DNA of 24,504 nt from Clostridiales bacterium GWB2_37_7. GTDB lineage: Bacteria; Bacillota; Clostridia; Lutisporales; Lutisporaceae. The position numbers were made by a program, and so were the translations under genes. Position 1 is the stretch's first letter. Every line of letters begins with the position of its first letter. The stretch is from contig MGOS01000096.1 in NCBI GenBank assembly GCA_001797185.1, positions 3,448 through 27,951 of the forward strand. Reading direction: 5' to 3'. Under the pieces are notes generated by a model. That model was not told the origin of the DNA, did no database searches, and saw only the letters and a list, made by a program, of their open reading frames with translations. Below, one piece after another: positions 7,779 through 18,032 of this stretch.

Positions 7779-9974
7779 TTATACCTTGAACTTGGATACT
7801 AATCCCTTAAGTGTAACCGCCATGTTGCTCAAGCCTATCGCCAAATCGTTTATTTCTTGTATTGAAGATGCCTGCTCTTCTGTGCTTGCCAATACACTTT
7901 GCGTACCCATGGAAGTTGTTTCAGCTATCTCATTTACTTCCTCTATCGAGCTTATTATTCTTTCGCTTCCAGTTTTCAACTCTAATACGGATTCTGAAAC
8001 TTGATTTATATCTTTTGCTACACTATGGATTTCCTCTATTATTTTATTGAATGTACCATAGGTCGAGCTTATTGCTTTGGTACCGGACTCAACTTCGATT
8101 AAGCCTTGGTTCATAGCGGATACAGTATATTCGGTTTCTTTTTGTATTTCAATCAATAGGGTTTCTATATTCTTGGAGGCTTCTCTGGTCTGCTCTGCCA
8201 GATTTCTTATTTCATTTGCCACTACTGCAAAGCCCCTGCCTGCATCACCTGCTCTTGCTGCCTCAATAGATGCATTAAGTGCCAGCATATTTGTCTTACC
8301 CGCTATATCTCTTATGACTTTAACGATACCTGTAACCTCTTCTGATTTACTGCCTAGCTTTTCAACCTGCTTCGCAGAGCTTAAAACATTATCCTTGATG
8401 CTTACTATTTTATCGTTGATTATATTGATGTTGTCAGAGCCTTCCTCTGCGATAAGTGCTGCTTGATTCGCTGCCTGAGCGACGGTTTGAGACTTAAACG
8501 AGGTTCCTACAACACTATCTGTAATTTCTTTTGTTATTGATGCAGTTGTATTTACAGAATTGATCTGAGCTTGGGCACCTTCTGCTACGCCTTCAACAAT
8601 AGCCGTGATCTCTTCTGTTGCTGCCGTGCTGATTTGAACTCCCTCACTCAGCCTGCCAGACATCTCCGTTATTTCTTCAACTGCCACACTGACTTCATTT
8701 AGTATTCCTGAAAGCGAATCAGTCATCAGGTTAAAGGCTATCTGCAGCTCACCTATTTCGTCCTTGGCTGTTACCTTAAGCCTTTTGCTCAAATCCCCAT
8801 TCTTTACTTCTGATGCCACCTTTGCCATATTCTTTAATGGCCTTGTTATCATAAATGCCAGTACAAAACTACCTAATACTGCTAATACAAGAGCTCCGAT
8901 AGTCATCCATGCTATCTTGCTTCTAGCCTCATTTATAGGCTGCATTGCCTCGTTTACAGGGAGTTCTGTAATCATACCCCAGGTTGCAGAAGGTATGATG
9001 CTGTTAACACCATAAACATCTTCTCCCTTGTCATTCTTATATATTGTAGCACCTGCGACTCCATTTACTGTATTCTGCGCGCCTTTAATTTTGTTTTCTG
9101 CTGCGTTATAAAAATTAAGTACTTTTTCTTTATATTCCGGATGTGCAAGCACAACACCGTTTTTATCAACTATATAAGCAATTCCTTGCATACCCACCTT
9201 TAAGTTCTTAACAAGGGTTTGCATATTGTTCAATTCCATCTTAGCTGCTATAACAGCTACCGGCTTTTGATATTGATCCAAAATCGGTGAAGCCATATAT
9301 ACTATAGGCTGTTTGGTTTTCTCATCAGGAATTGCATCAGATATATATGCCTTCCCTCGCATTGCTTCTTTATACCAAGGCTTGTCTGCAGCGTTAACAC
9401 CTTTTTGTGTCGTGTCAGATGTTACTAACATCGTACCTTGAGCATCTACTAAATATACAGCACTAAATCTGTCTTCCCCAAGCTTTCTTATGGCTCGCTC
9501 CTGCTGAAATGCGTCTAAGGTCAATATATCGACTGATTTCGGTATTAAATCCAAGCTGTTAAATCCTTGTTTAATATAATTATCTATCTTTTCAGCTATG
9601 CTTCGGTTAATAGTCATGTTTAATTCTCTTTGGTTTTTCTTTATATTGCCATCCAAGGTACTGATGCTTAGAACAATCGGAAATATCATGCATATGATTA
9701 TAAATACCGCCAGTGATATAATCCGTCCCCTAATACCTGTGAATAAATTTGTAAGCTTAATAGACTTTAATTCTTTTAGACTGAAATTCTTTATATTAAA
9801 GCTTGGAATCTTAAATTTGAATGCTGTGGGCATTTTTAATTTTGTATTACCCTTTTTAAAATTAAGCTTAGGCAGCTTAATTTTCTTTAAACTGCTGAAT
9901 AAATTCAACTTATGCTTGGGTGCCTTCTTTTGCGCAAAAACAGGTATGTTAACAAAATCATCTCTTTTTTTCAT
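7779..9974 (-). CDS. methyl-accepting chemotaxis protein (Cache-type sensor, HAMP, MCP signalling domain) with an unusual lysine-rich N-terminal extension
   Basis: It carries the conserved MCP hairpin [36 protein letters not shown] and a HAMP segment after TM2 ([23 protein letters not shown]), with a ~250-aa region between the TM segments. The start is set at the ATG at 9974 (MKKRDD), 6 nt after GGGGGA. Confidence 0.85.
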   Translation of the reverse strand: MKKRDDFVNIPVFAQKKAPKHKLNLFSSLKKIKLPKLNFKKGNTKLKMPTAFKFKIPSFNIKNFSLKELKSIKLTNLFTGIRGRIISLAVFIIICMIFPIVLSISTLDGNIKKNQRELNMTINRSIAEKIDNYIKQGFNSLDLIPKSVDILTLDAFQQERAIRKLGEDRFSAVYLVDAQGTMLVTSDTTQKGVNAADKPWYKEAMRGKAYISDAIPDEKTKQPIVYMASPILDQYQKPVAVIAAKMELNNMQTLVKNLKVGMQGIAYIVDKNGVVLAHPEYKEKVLNFYNAAENKIKGAQNTVNGVAGATIYKNDKGEDVYGVNSIIPSATWGMITELPVNEAMQPINEARSKIAWMTIGALVLAVLGSFVLAFMITRPLKNMAKVASEVKNGDLSKRLKVTAKDEIGELQIAFNLMTDSLSGILNEVSVAVEEITEMSGRLSEGVQISTAATEEITAIVEGVAEGAQAQINSVNTTASITKEITDSVVGTSFKSQTVAQAANQAALIAEEGSDNINIINDKIVSIKDNVLSSAKQVEKLGSKSEEVTGIVKVIRDIAGKTNMLALNASIEAARAGDAGRGFAVVANEIRNLAEQTREASKNIETLLIEIQKETEYTVSAMNQGLIEVESGTKAISSTYGTFNKIIEEIHSVAKDINQVSESVLELKTGSERIISSIEEVNEIAETTSMGTQSVLASTEEQASSIQEINDLAIGLSNMAVTLKGLVSKFKV

Positions 9975-10204
9975 ACGAAATCCCCCAATCATATTTTATT
10001 AAAATAAATAATTGCAAGTATGTACTATAAGTTTTGCACTGAACATCTTACATTTAACTAAAAAAGTGCAAAACATTTTCCTTGATTCATCTTTTTCGCA
10101 ACATATATAGTAATATTTTATCGCAATATATCCCATAAAACAATACTTCTCTTCATAATACAACGACAGTCTTCTACAATATTGTGCCATCTCTGCATTT
10201 ATCT

Positions 10205-11306
10205 TTAAGCTCTCTGCTTCAAATAAGCATTGATAAAACCATCGATTTCTCCATCCATTACGGCATTTACATTACCGGTTTCCTCATTTGTCCTATGATC
10301 CTTTACCATACTGTAAGGATGGAATACATAGGATCTAATTTGGCTGCCCCATGCTATTTCTCTGTATTCACCCTTTATATCCTCTATCTTGTCCTTCTGC
10401 TCTTGTTCCTTCAATTCAATAAGCTTGGACATCAGCATCTTCATAGCCATATCCTTGTTGCTGTGCTGTGAGCGTTCATTTTGACATTGTACGATAACGC
10501 CAGTTGGAATATGGGTAATTCTCACAGCAGATTCAGTTTTGTTAACATGCTGTCCACCCGCTCCACCTGCTCTATAAGTATCAATTTTTAGATCTTCTGG
10601 ATCAATATCAATCTTTACACCGTCATCCAACTCCGGAATTACATCTACAGAGGCAAAGGAGGTATGTCTTTTGCCCGCTGCATCAAAAGGAGATAGTCTC
10701 ACAAGTCGATGTACACCTTTTTCTGACTTTAGATAGCCATAGGAGTTTTCACCTTCAATTAGCAAAGCTGCGCTTTTTATACCGGCCTCATAATCCTTCA
10801 AAATATCCAGTATCGTGACATGATATCCTTTTTTGTCTGCCCAGCGTGTGTACATCCTAAGTATCATTTCTGCCCAATCCTGTGCATCTATCCCACCTGC
10901 ACCTGAATGTATGGAAAGGATCGCATTGTTTCTGTCATACTCTCCCACCAACAAGGTTTCAATTCGCATATCTTCTACTACATGAATGAGTGCTTTCAGA
11001 GAATCTGCTACTTCATCAGAAATAGATGAATCCTGCTCTTCCATGCCAAGGTCAATCAATACATGTAAATCCTCATAAGAACTCTTTAAGCTTTCATATC
11101 GCTCCAGCTTATCTTTTAGCACCTTTACACTCTTTAGTGTAGCAGCTGCCTTTTCAGAGTCATTCCAAAAGCCCTCCTGCTGCATACCCTGCTCCAGCTC
11201 TTGAATCCCATGGTTTATTTTTTCGATGTCAAAGTGACACCTCAATTTCATTAATGATAGCTTCCAGCTTGTTCAATTCATATCTATATTGTTCTAATTC
11301 CAGCAT
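10205..11306 (-). CDS. prfB: peptide chain release factor 2, expressed through a programmed +1 ribosomal frameshift
   Basis: Frame 0 starts at the ATG at 11306 (RBS AAGGAGGG) and encodes MLELEQYRYELNKLEAIINEIEVSL, then reaches an in-frame TGA (11231..11229). The +1 frame continues DIEKINHG... to the stop at 10205. The SPF (LSPFD) and GGQ (GGAGGQHVNK) motifs are present. Confidence 0.9.
11229..11243 (-). promoter_or_regulatory. prfB autoregulatory frameshift site
   Basis: The minus strand reads GAGGTG TCA CTT TGA C. This is the canonical CUU UGA C slippery/stop context, with an SD-like GAGGUG 3 nt upstream. Confidence 0.85.
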
Positions 11307-11331
11307 AGTAACCCTCCTTATTTATGTACAA

Positions 11332-11420
11332 AGGGCAGACACTAGTTTCGTATCCAAGAACACGAAACTTGGTCAGCCCTTGCTTATATATTTAGTTGGA
11401 TGCTGTGGGCAGCATCCAAC
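11332..11420 (-). other. two tandem stem-loops in the secA-prfB spacer
   Basis: Hairpin 1 at 11395..11420 has a perfect 11-bp stem (GTTGGATGCTG / CAGCATCCAAC) and a CCCA loop on the minus strand. Hairpin 2 at 11332..11380 is imperfect: outer stem AGGGC(T)GAC / GTC(T)GCCCT, inner stem AGTTTCG / CGAAACT, followed by TTTGT. Confidence 0.55.
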
Positions 11421-11426
11421 ACTTAT

Positions 11427-13925
11427 TTATTCTGCACCGCAGCATTTTTTGTATTTCTTGCCGCTGCCGCATGGGCACGAATCATTTCTGCCAATTTTAT
11501 CTTCCTTAACTACGGGTTTTTTGATTGCATCCTCATGATTCGTAGTAATCGCTTCTGCAACCTGTTCTCTTTCAGGTAGATTTCCTACCTTGGCATTGAG
11601 AATATATCTTACCATATCTTCTTTGATGCTGTTTATCAATTGTTGGAACATATCAAAGCCTTCCATTTGATAAGCTCTTACAGGATCTTGCTGTCCATAA
11701 GCACGCAGGCCGATACCCTCTCTCAATTGATCCATTGCATCTATATGATCTATCCACTTTGTGTCTACAACCTTGAGCAGGATTACTCTTTCCAGCTCTC
11801 TTATCGTATCTTCTCCAAACTGCTGCTCTTTTTCTTCATATTGCTTCATAGCAAGCTCTATTAAATTCTCTATAAGCTCTTCTCTGGTGAAGCTCAAAAG
11901 CTGCTCTTGGCTTAAAGCGTTCTTAGGAAGATATACGGTATGCAGGAAATCCACTAAGCCCTTAAGATCCCATTCCTCAGCATATTCGCTGCCTACAGTA
12001 TAGGTTGCAACAGCATCGTTTATTACATCCTTCATCATATCCATTACACTGTCCTTGATGCTGTCTCCCATGAGAACCTTTCTTCTCTGACTGTATATAA
12101 CCTCTCTTTGCTTGTTCATTACATTGTCATACTGCAATACGTGCTTTCTTATATCAAAGTTTCTTCCTTCTACCTTCTTCTGCGCATTTTCAATAGACCT
12201 GGAAAGCAGCGGATGTTCAATATTCATTTCATCATCCATCCCCAAGGTTTCAACAATGCCTACTATTTTTTCAGACCCAAACAGTCTCATCAAATCATCT
12301 TCAAGAGATACATAGAATCTGCTGGCCCCCGGATCTCCCTGTCTTCCTGAACGACCACGAAGCTGATTGTCTATACGTCTGGACTCGTGTCTTTCTGTAC
12401 CAAGTATCATTAGACCACCCAGATCTTGTACTCCTTCTCCAAGCATAATGTCAGTACCTCTGCCTGCCATATTGGTGGATATGGTAACTGCACCTTTTTG
12501 TCCTGCCAAGGCTACTATTTGTGCTTCCTTTTCATGCTGCTTTGCATTTAGCACTTCATGAGGAACACCCTTTTTCTTAAGCATTGCGCTTAGAATCTCA
12601 GAGTTTTCTATAGATATGGTACCTACCAGCACCGGCTGACCTTTTTGATTCAGCTTCGCAATTTCTTCTACAACTGCATTAAACTTGCCCTTCGTGCTTT
12701 TATATACAGCATCTGCATGATCCTTACGCTGTACCGGTCTGTTGGTTGGTATTTCAACAACATCAAGATTGTAAATATCCTTAAACTCATCCTCTTCCGT
12801 TTTAGCCGTACCGGTCATACCTGCCAGCTTGTTATACATTCTGAAGTAATTTTGAAAGGTTATGGTTGCAAGTGTTTGAGATTCTCGCTCTACCTTCACA
12901 CCCTCTTTTGCCTCTATAGCTTGGTGCAAGCCATCGCTATATCTTCTGCCAAACATCAGGCGTCCGGTAAATTCATCAACAATGATAATTTCACCATCTT
13001 TTACAACATAGTCTATATCTTTTTTCATAAGATTCCTAGCTTTTAATGCTTGGTTTATATGATGGCTGATCTCCATGTTGTCCGCATCGCCTAGGTTTTC
13101 AAGGCTGAAAAACCTTTCTGCCTTTGCTACACCATCATCGGTAAGCATAACAGAGTGTGCTTTTTCATCTATGGTATAATCCACTTCTGTCTTTAGACCC
13201 TTTACAAAGTTGTCTGCTACAAAATATAAGTGCGTGGATTTCTCCCCAATACCTGAAATAATAAGTGGTGTTCTTGCTTCATCTACCAATATGCTGTCTA
13301 CTTCGTCAATCAGTGCAAAATTCAGTTCTCTCTGCACCATTTGCTCTCGATAGATAACCATGTTGTCCCTTAGGTAGTCAAAGCCGAACTCATTGTTCGT
13401 ACCATAGGTAATATCAGCATGATAGGCATTTTGTCGATCATTGCCTTCCAGACCATGAATGATTAATCCTACCGTCATTCCAAGGAAATTATATATCTTA
13501 CCCATCCATTCACTATGGTACTTCGCCAAGTAATCATTTACTGTAATAAGATGCACACCTTTTCCTTCCAAGGCATTCAAATAAACAGGGAGGGTAGCCA
13601 CCAAGGTTTTACCTTCTCCTGTTCTCATTTCAGCAATTCTGCCTTGATGCAGAGCAATACCTGCCAATAGCTGCACCCTGAAGTGTCTCTGTCCTATAAC
13701 TCTCACAGCTGCTTCTCTAACAACAGCAAAGGCTTCCGGCAGTATATCATCAAGGGTTTCACCCTTGGTCAGTCTCTCTTTAAACTCTTGAGTCTTTTCT
13801 TGAAGCTGTTCATCTGTCAGCGCTTTGATAGAAGGCTCTAAGGCTTCTATTTCATCTACAGTTTTCATCAGCTTCTTTACTTCTCTATCATTTTGATTGC
13901 CAAATAATTTATCGAATATTGACAT
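11427..13925 (-). CDS. secA: preprotein translocase ATPase SecA
   Basis: It starts MSIFDKLFG... at the ATG at 13925 (AAAGGAGAG 7 nt upstream) and has Walker [12 protein letters not shown] and the C-terminal zinc motif [14 protein letters not shown]. The 8-codon upstream extension in the ORF track has no RBS. Confidence 0.95.
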   Translation of the reverse strand: MSIFDKLFGNQNDREVKKLMKTVDEIEALEPSIKALTDEQLQEKTQEFKERLTKGETLDDILPEAFAVVREAAVRVIGQRHFRVQLLAGIALHQGRIAEMRTGEGKTLVATLPVYLNALEGKGVHLITVNDYLAKYHSEWMGKIYNFLGMTVGLIIHGLEGNDRQNAYHADITYGTNNEFGFDYLRDNMVIYREQMVQRELNFALIDEVDSILVDEARTPLIISGIGEKSTHLYFVADNFVKGLKTEVDYTIDEKAHSVMLTDDGVAKAERFFSLENLGDADNMEISHHINQALKARNLMKKDIDYVVKDGEIIIVDEFTGRLMFGRRYSDGLHQAIEAKEGVKVERESQTLATITFQNYFRMYNKLAGMTGTAKTEEDEFKDIYNLDVVEIPTNRPVQRKDHADAVYKSTKGKFNAVVEEIAKLNQKGQPVLVGTISIENSEILSAMLKKKGVPHEVLNAKQHEKEAQIVALAGQKGAVTISTNMAGRGTDIMLGEGVQDLGGLMILGTERHESRRIDNQLRGRSGRQGDPGASRFYVSLEDDLMRLFGSEKIVGIVETLGMDDEMNIEHPLLSRSIENAQKKVEGRNFDIRKHVLQYDNVMNKQREVIYSQRRKVLMGDSIKDSVMDMMKDVINDAVATYTVGSEYAEEWDLKGLVDFLHTVYLPKNALSQEQLLSFTREELIENLIELAMKQYEEKEQQFGEDTIRELERVILLKVVDTKWIDHIDAMDQLREGIGLRAYGQQDPVRAYQMEGFDMFQQLINSIKEDMVRYILNAKVGNLPEREQVAEAITTNHEDAIKKPVVKEDKIGRNDSCPCGSGKKYKKCCGAE

Positions 13926-14012
13926 TTTATCTCTCCTTTTCATTAACACGATATCATAATTAAGCTCTTTTGCGGACAGCTTTATGGATCAGCAACAGCG
14001 TTGAATGAGAGA

Positions 14013-14372
14013 TTAAAAAACAGCTTTTCTCCATAGATTGTTCTGCATTATTTTATTATTTAGAAAAAATGCAGCAAAAAATAGAGTGCCTGCTGCAATA
14101 CTTGTAAAAATAATACCTGCTGCATCCTTTGCTATAATCCCTTGGACATATTCACAAAAAGCATTATATTTATTTATCAAAACCTGAGTAGTTATTTTGC
14201 CCGAATTTTGAATAAATAAATGATTAATCTTTAAAAAATAAGCAAGATTTCCATCCTTCGTGTTAGCAGCATTTGCTTCACTATAATCATCTGATACGCC
14301 TGATAAAACAGCAAATAGCATAACAGCAAAAGCAAAATATTTATTTATATGCGAATACCTATTTGAGTACAT
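14013..14372 (-). CDS. small hypothetical secreted/membrane protein
   Basis: Signal-peptide-like N-terminus (YFAFAVMLFAVLSGVSDDYSEANA) and a C-terminal hydrophobic helix. GGAG lies 8 nt upstream of the ATG at 14372. The ORF-track start at 14381 is a GTG overlapping that SD. I recognise no family. Confidence 0.5.
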   Translation of the reverse strand: MYSNRYSHINKYFAFAVMLFAVLSGVSDDYSEANAANTKDGNLAYFLKINHLFIQNSGKITTQVLINKYNAFCEYVQGIIAKDAAGIIFTSIAAGTLFFAAFFLNNKIMQNNLWRKAVF

Positions 14373-14482
14373 AATAAACACTCCAAAAATCCTAGTTGTC
14401 TATAAATATTATCTTATTTATTTTAGCACAACATGCACTACATAACAACTTTTTAGGCTTGCCAAGCATTTTGAGTTGTTTT

Positions 14483-14508
14483 GAAAAACAAAGGCGGCTC
14501 GTGCCGCA
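14483..14508 (-). terminator. intrinsic terminator ~100 nt downstream of the DUF5317-like gene
   Basis: The minus strand reads GCGGC-acga-GCCGC followed by CTTTGTTTTTC. Confidence 0.55.
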
Positions 14509-14613
14509 TTTGAAGCCCATGTGCCTTTTCCGAATAGAAGGAGAAAATTCTGGCACAAGCAGTAAAAAAGGTTTACCGCCATATTATTTATTATATAGCC
14601 ATAAACCTTACCA

Positions 14614-15171
14614 TTATCGCTTATATCGTTTTTTCACCATAATTTCTTGTATATAAACAAATATCCCTAAAGCTAAAAAGACATCTCCTATGCTAAATAC
14701 TTTGGGTCTTGGATAAGGCTTCGGCAATATAAAAATATCACCAAGGAATTTAAGCACTGTGTCCTTTACAATTATGGTATGTGTAATTATTTCACCATTT
14801 ATCAGTGCATTTAGATCTTCTGCCAATCCTGCCTTTATCATGGCATCCTGAGATACAGGCATTTGCCCGCCATTTAACATAATTACAATAAAATTCAGGA
14901 ATGTACCTAACATTATTAATTTAAAGGACAGTCTGCTGATGTTAAAGTAAATGCCTATAAACAGTAGACTGTAAGAGATAAAATGTATACTGAATATATT
15001 ATTGCTTATAAGCTGATACCCTTTATTGGATAAGATAACTGCAATAAATTCTATTAAAAAAGCACTTACAATCAAATACCATTTATATATTTCTGCATCC
15101 TTTAAGTAGGAAAATCTGCCCTTTCGCAGTTTGCCTACGATCAACGATGTACCAACACTTTCTATAATCAA
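14614..15171 (-). CDS. polytopic membrane protein, DUF5317-like
   Basis: 185 aa with 5-6 predicted TM helices. The TTG start overlaps the HD-GYP stop (TTGA at 15171..15168), which suggests translational coupling. The family assignment is from memory of DUF5317 architecture and context and is not verified. Confidence 0.6.
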   Translation of the reverse strand: MIIESVGTSLIVGKLRKGRFSYLKDAEIYKWYLIVSAFLIEFIAVILSNKGYQLISNNIFSIHFISYSLLFIGIYFNISRLSFKLIMLGTFLNFIVIMLNGGQMPVSQDAMIKAGLAEDLNALINGEIITHTIIVKDTVLKFLGDIFILPKPYPRPKVFSIGDVFLALGIFVYIQEIMVKKRYKR

Positions 15172-16436
15172 TGCTCCGCGCTCCCTTGCTCCTTTATCAT
15201 ATCCATAAACTCTTCTGCCAATTGTGCATCGAAATGCTTGCCTTTTCCCTCTTCAATGATGGCAAAGGCCTGCTCCACAGTCAATGCCTTTCTATAAGGC
15301 CGATCGGAGGTCAATGCATCGTATACATCAGCTATGCTTAATATAGCGGCTTCTTTTCTTATTTCATCCTGCCGTTTCCCATTGGGATAGCCTGTACCAT
15401 CCATCTTCTCATGATGATTCAATACAATTTCTGATACATCCTTCAGAAATTCTATGTCCTGTATGATCTTATATCCGTTTTCAGGATGGGTTTTTATTTT
15501 ATCAAACTCTTCCTCTGTAAGCTTTCCCGGCTTATTCAATATACTTTCCTCGATGCCTATTTTGCCGATATCATGCAGTATAGCAGCCATCTTAAGATTT
15601 TCAAGTTTTTTGTTAGAAAGCTTTAATCTTTTTCCTAAGGCAACTGCGTATTCGCCAACCCTCATGGAATGACCTTGAGTATATGGGTCTTTGACTTCAA
15701 TTGCTTGAGACAAGGATTTTACTGTATCTATATATATCCGGCGCATATCAATGTATAACTTATAGGAGTAACGTGCCAGTAACAGTGGACCTAAGAATAA
15801 AAATATACCTAATATATTGTATTTCATATATGCTATCGCCATTAGTACTCCCAATGGAGCCACAAATATACAATCTCTGGCAGCAAAAAATAAGTTGCTC
15901 AACCAGCTGCTTATAAACGCTTCTCCAGTAGCAGCCGACATAAGCCAAGACATAATTGTTTCGTTTATCAGGACATATGATATGATAGAAGTCATTAAAG
16001 GTAAGAATAAATTATTGAAGTCAATAACTTCTGGTACTCCACCGAAAAATATATAGAAATATCCCGCAATACCTGCTGATAGTAAGATGTTAGCTCCATT
16101 AAATAAAGTTTTGTACCAAGGTGTATTTAGTATATGCACATAATTACCTTGATGCTTAACAGACCTAACCATAACTCCTATACATGCAATCCAAGCTGCC
16201 TCCGGTACCCCCAATACTAAAATAGCAGCTAAGTTTACAGCAAAACTGACTGATATTGCACTTTCCCCAGGAGTTGGTATCAATAACGATTCAGCTACAA
16301 TAGATAATATAGTAAAAATAATAACACTTCTAATATCTAGCATAATAGAAGTACTTACCGAAAAAACTAAATATGTAATTCCTAATATTATTATTGTAGT
16401 TACGCAAAGTTTTAGCTTACTTGACATTCTATTCAC
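15168..16436 (-). CDS. 7TM-receptor HD-GYP domain protein (putative c-di-GMP phosphodiesterase)
   Basis: The N-terminal ~220 aa are polytopic membrane. The C-terminal part has HDIGK and HHEKMDGTGYPNG (HD-GYP signature) and ILSIADVYDALTSDRPYRKA. Confidence 0.85.
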   Translation of the reverse strand: MNRMSSKLKLCVTTIIILGITYLVFSVSTSIMLDIRSVIIFTILSIVAESLLIPTPGESAISVSFAVNLAAILVLGVPEAAWIACIGVMVRSVKHQGNYVHILNTPWYKTLFNGANILLSAGIAGYFYIFFGGVPEVIDFNNLFLPLMTSIISYVLINETIMSWLMSAATGEAFISSWLSNLFFAARDCIFVAPLGVLMAIAYMKYNILGIFLFLGPLLLARYSYKLYIDMRRIYIDTVKSLSQAIEVKDPYTQGHSMRVGEYAVALGKRLKLSNKKLENLKMAAILHDIGKIGIEESILNKPGKLTEEEFDKIKTHPENGYKIIQDIEFLKDVSEIVLNHHEKMDGTGYPNGKRQDEIRKEAAILSIADVYDALTSDRPYRKALTVEQAFAIIEEGKGKHFDAQLAEEFMDMIKEQGSAEH

Positions 16437-16471
16437 CTTTCTAAAACATTGGCCGACAAACTAATAAAAGC

Positions 16472-16549
16472 TTAAAACCAGGTTCTACTAGCTCCTGCTG
16501 CTAAAAATAATGAAACTATTGTAATTAGAACTCCTGCGATTCTTTTCAT
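16472..16549 (-). CDS. candidate 25-aa hydrophobic small protein (MKRIAGVLITIVSLFLAAGASRTWF)
   Basis: It is below the ORF-track cutoff. A strong SD (AAGGAGGG) lies 6 nt upstream of the ATG at 16549 and the TAA stop is at 16474..16472. It encodes a single TM-like helix. Support is sequence logic only. Confidence 0.4.
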   Translation of the reverse strand: MKRIAGVLITIVSLFLAAGASRTWF

Positions 16550-16636
16550 GGTTTGCCCTCCTTAAATTCGAGGCTCTGTCTTTCCGCTAGTTAGACAGGC
16601 AAACGCTCCGCTAAAAAAAGGTATGTCGGCCAAAAA

Positions 16637-17269
16637 TTAACTCATTGTGCTGATCTTCCTATTTACTGCTGACAGCACTGCCTTAACGACGGTTTCATTT
16701 TCATCTGCATTGATAATGCTGCAGCCTGACAACAGCTCCTCCTTGCCCCCTAAGGCAAAGCCAATTACACATGCAAATAGCTCCCTATTTGCAACCAGTA
16801 CGATCTGCATGTCCTCTAAATAGAAAGCTTGCCCTATATCTAAATAACCTTCCAATGCCAAAAGAGTCGCATCAGCGATTGCTTTTAGCTTGTTACTCCT
16901 TGACTTAATTCTTCTGCTTTTGCCTTCAAAAAGCTTATCATCGTATTTCAAGGTCACTGTTGCTTCAATGGAATTCTCGATATTATTTACCGATATGCCA
17001 TCTAGCTTTAACCTGGTTTCCTTGAAGTCACTTTCATCAATTTGAGCGATACTTATTACTTTATAATCAATATTTATACCAAATCTTGCATTTATAGCCG
17101 ATTGTATATCTCTAACCAGCTGCTTAATATTTCTACTTACGCCTGCCAATGCATGTATTTCTTCAACTACATTATCCTGACTGCACACCACACTGCAGTG
17201 CTTGATATCTGGCAGCTTGCATATGAGATTCTTTATCTCTTCCGATAAGTTTTCTTTTATGTTCTCCAA
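16637..17269 (-). CDS. hypothetical cytoplasmic two-domain protein, family not recognised
   Basis: The ORF is open from 17293. The ATG at 17293 lacks an SD, whereas the TTG at 17269 lies 6 nt after GGAGGG. Codon usage and length are consistent with a real gene. Confidence 0.55.
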   Translation of the reverse strand: MENIKENLSEEIKNLICKLPDIKHCSVVCSQDNVVEEIHALAGVSRNIKQLVRDIQSAINARFGINIDYKVISIAQIDESDFKETRLKLDGISVNNIENSIEATVTLKYDDKLFEGKSRRIKSRSNKLKAIADATLLALEGYLDIGQAFYLEDMQIVLVANRELFACVIGFALGGKEELLSGCSIINADENETVVKAVLSAVNRKISTMS

Positions 17270-17393
17270 GAATATCCCTCCATTCAGACGCATTCTGCTA
17301 TATATATATTCGACTAAAAAAAATAAACACCTTCCTTTTGAAAGATGTTTTAGCCAAATTTATAACAAATATGATAATATGCTCAAAAATGCA

Positions 17394-17418
17394 TAAAAAA
17401 AACAGCCCTTCGGCTGTT
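17394..17418 (-). terminator. intrinsic terminator after hpf
   Basis: The minus strand reads ACAGCC-gaag-GGCTGT followed by TTTTTTTT. Confidence 0.75.
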
Positions 17419-17426
17419 TTCTTATT

Positions 17427-17957
17427 TTAGAATTCCGGTTCTATTAAGCCATAGTTTCCATCCTTACGCTTATATATTACATTAACCTCTTCGGTATCAG
17501 AATTTGAGAATACGAAGAAGCTGTGACCCAATAGCTCCATCTGCATGGCCGCCTCTTCTGCAGGCATTGGCTTGTAAGCAAACTTCTTGGTTTTTACAAT
17601 TTCGATCTCATCCTCATCATCCTCTGGTCTACTTTCAAACAATGTATCAAATCTCAAATTATAATCCTTCATTTTTCTCTCTAGCTTTGTTTTCTGCTTG
17701 CGCATTTGCCTTTCGAGCTTTTCTATTACATTATCAATCGACATGTACATATCATCAGTAGCCTCTTCACTTCTAATGATAATACCATTAAAAGGAATTG
17801 TTACCTCAAATATATGTCTACCCTTTTCTACACTTAAAGTTGCATGCGCCTCTGAGTTTGGTCCAAAGAACCTTTCAAATTTCGAAAGTTTTTTGTTTAC
17901 CTTATCCTTTAGAGCATCAGTAAGTACGATGTTTCTGCCACTAACTACTATACGCAT
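17427..17957 (-). CDS. hpf: ribosome hibernation promoting factor, long form (RaiA/YfiA/YvyD family)
   Basis: 176 aa. The N-terminus is an S30AE domain (MRIVVSGRNIVLTDALKDKVNKKLSKFERFF) and the C-terminus is a dimerisation domain (GHSFFVFSNSDTEEVNVIYKRKDGNYGLIEP). AAAGGAGAGG lies upstream of the ATG. Confidence 0.9.
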   Translation of the reverse strand: MRIVVSGRNIVLTDALKDKVNKKLSKFERFFGPNSEAHATLSVEKGRHIFEVTIPFNGIIIRSEEATDDMYMSIDNVIEKLERQMRKQKTKLERKMKDYNLRFDTLFESRPEDDEDEIEIVKTKKFAYKPMPAEEAAMQMELLGHSFFVFSNSDTEEVNVIYKRKDGNYGLIEPEF

Positions 17958-18003
17958 AAAAACCTCTCCTTTCGCATCTATTATGCTTTCGGTTATATCT
18001 ATT

Positions 18004-18032
18004 TTATTCTACATTTCAATAAATAATCCTGC
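18004..18032 (-). promoter_or_regulatory. candidate sigma-H-type promoter for hpf
   Basis: The minus strand reads GCAGGATTA - 11 nt - GTAGAATAA. This fits the sigma-H consensus RNAGGAWWW-N11-12-RNNGAATWW as I recall it. B. subtilis yvyD is known to have a sigma-H promoter. Confidence 0.4.

Noticed and set aside
9999-10190. 63-aa minus-strand ORF between prfB and the MCP gene
   Set aside because: There is no RBS, the composition is Cys/Tyr-rich and implausible, and it lies in an AT-rich promoter/spacer region.
11254-11538. 94-aa plus-strand ORF spanning the prfB start, the spacer and the secA 3' end
   Set aside because: It overlaps the prfB frame-0 leader and secA on the opposite strand, and it crosses two hairpins. 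I see no coding signal.
13926-13949. secA start at 13949 (MLMKRRDK...)
   Set aside because: The SD AAAGGAGAG is positioned for the ATG at 13925, which gives the canonical SecA N-terminus MSIFDKLFG.
14396-14656. 86-aa plus-strand ORF in the spacer between the DUF5317-like gene and the 119-aa gene
   Set aside because: It has no RBS, runs through a minus-strand terminator, and overlaps the end of the DUF5317-like gene in antisense.
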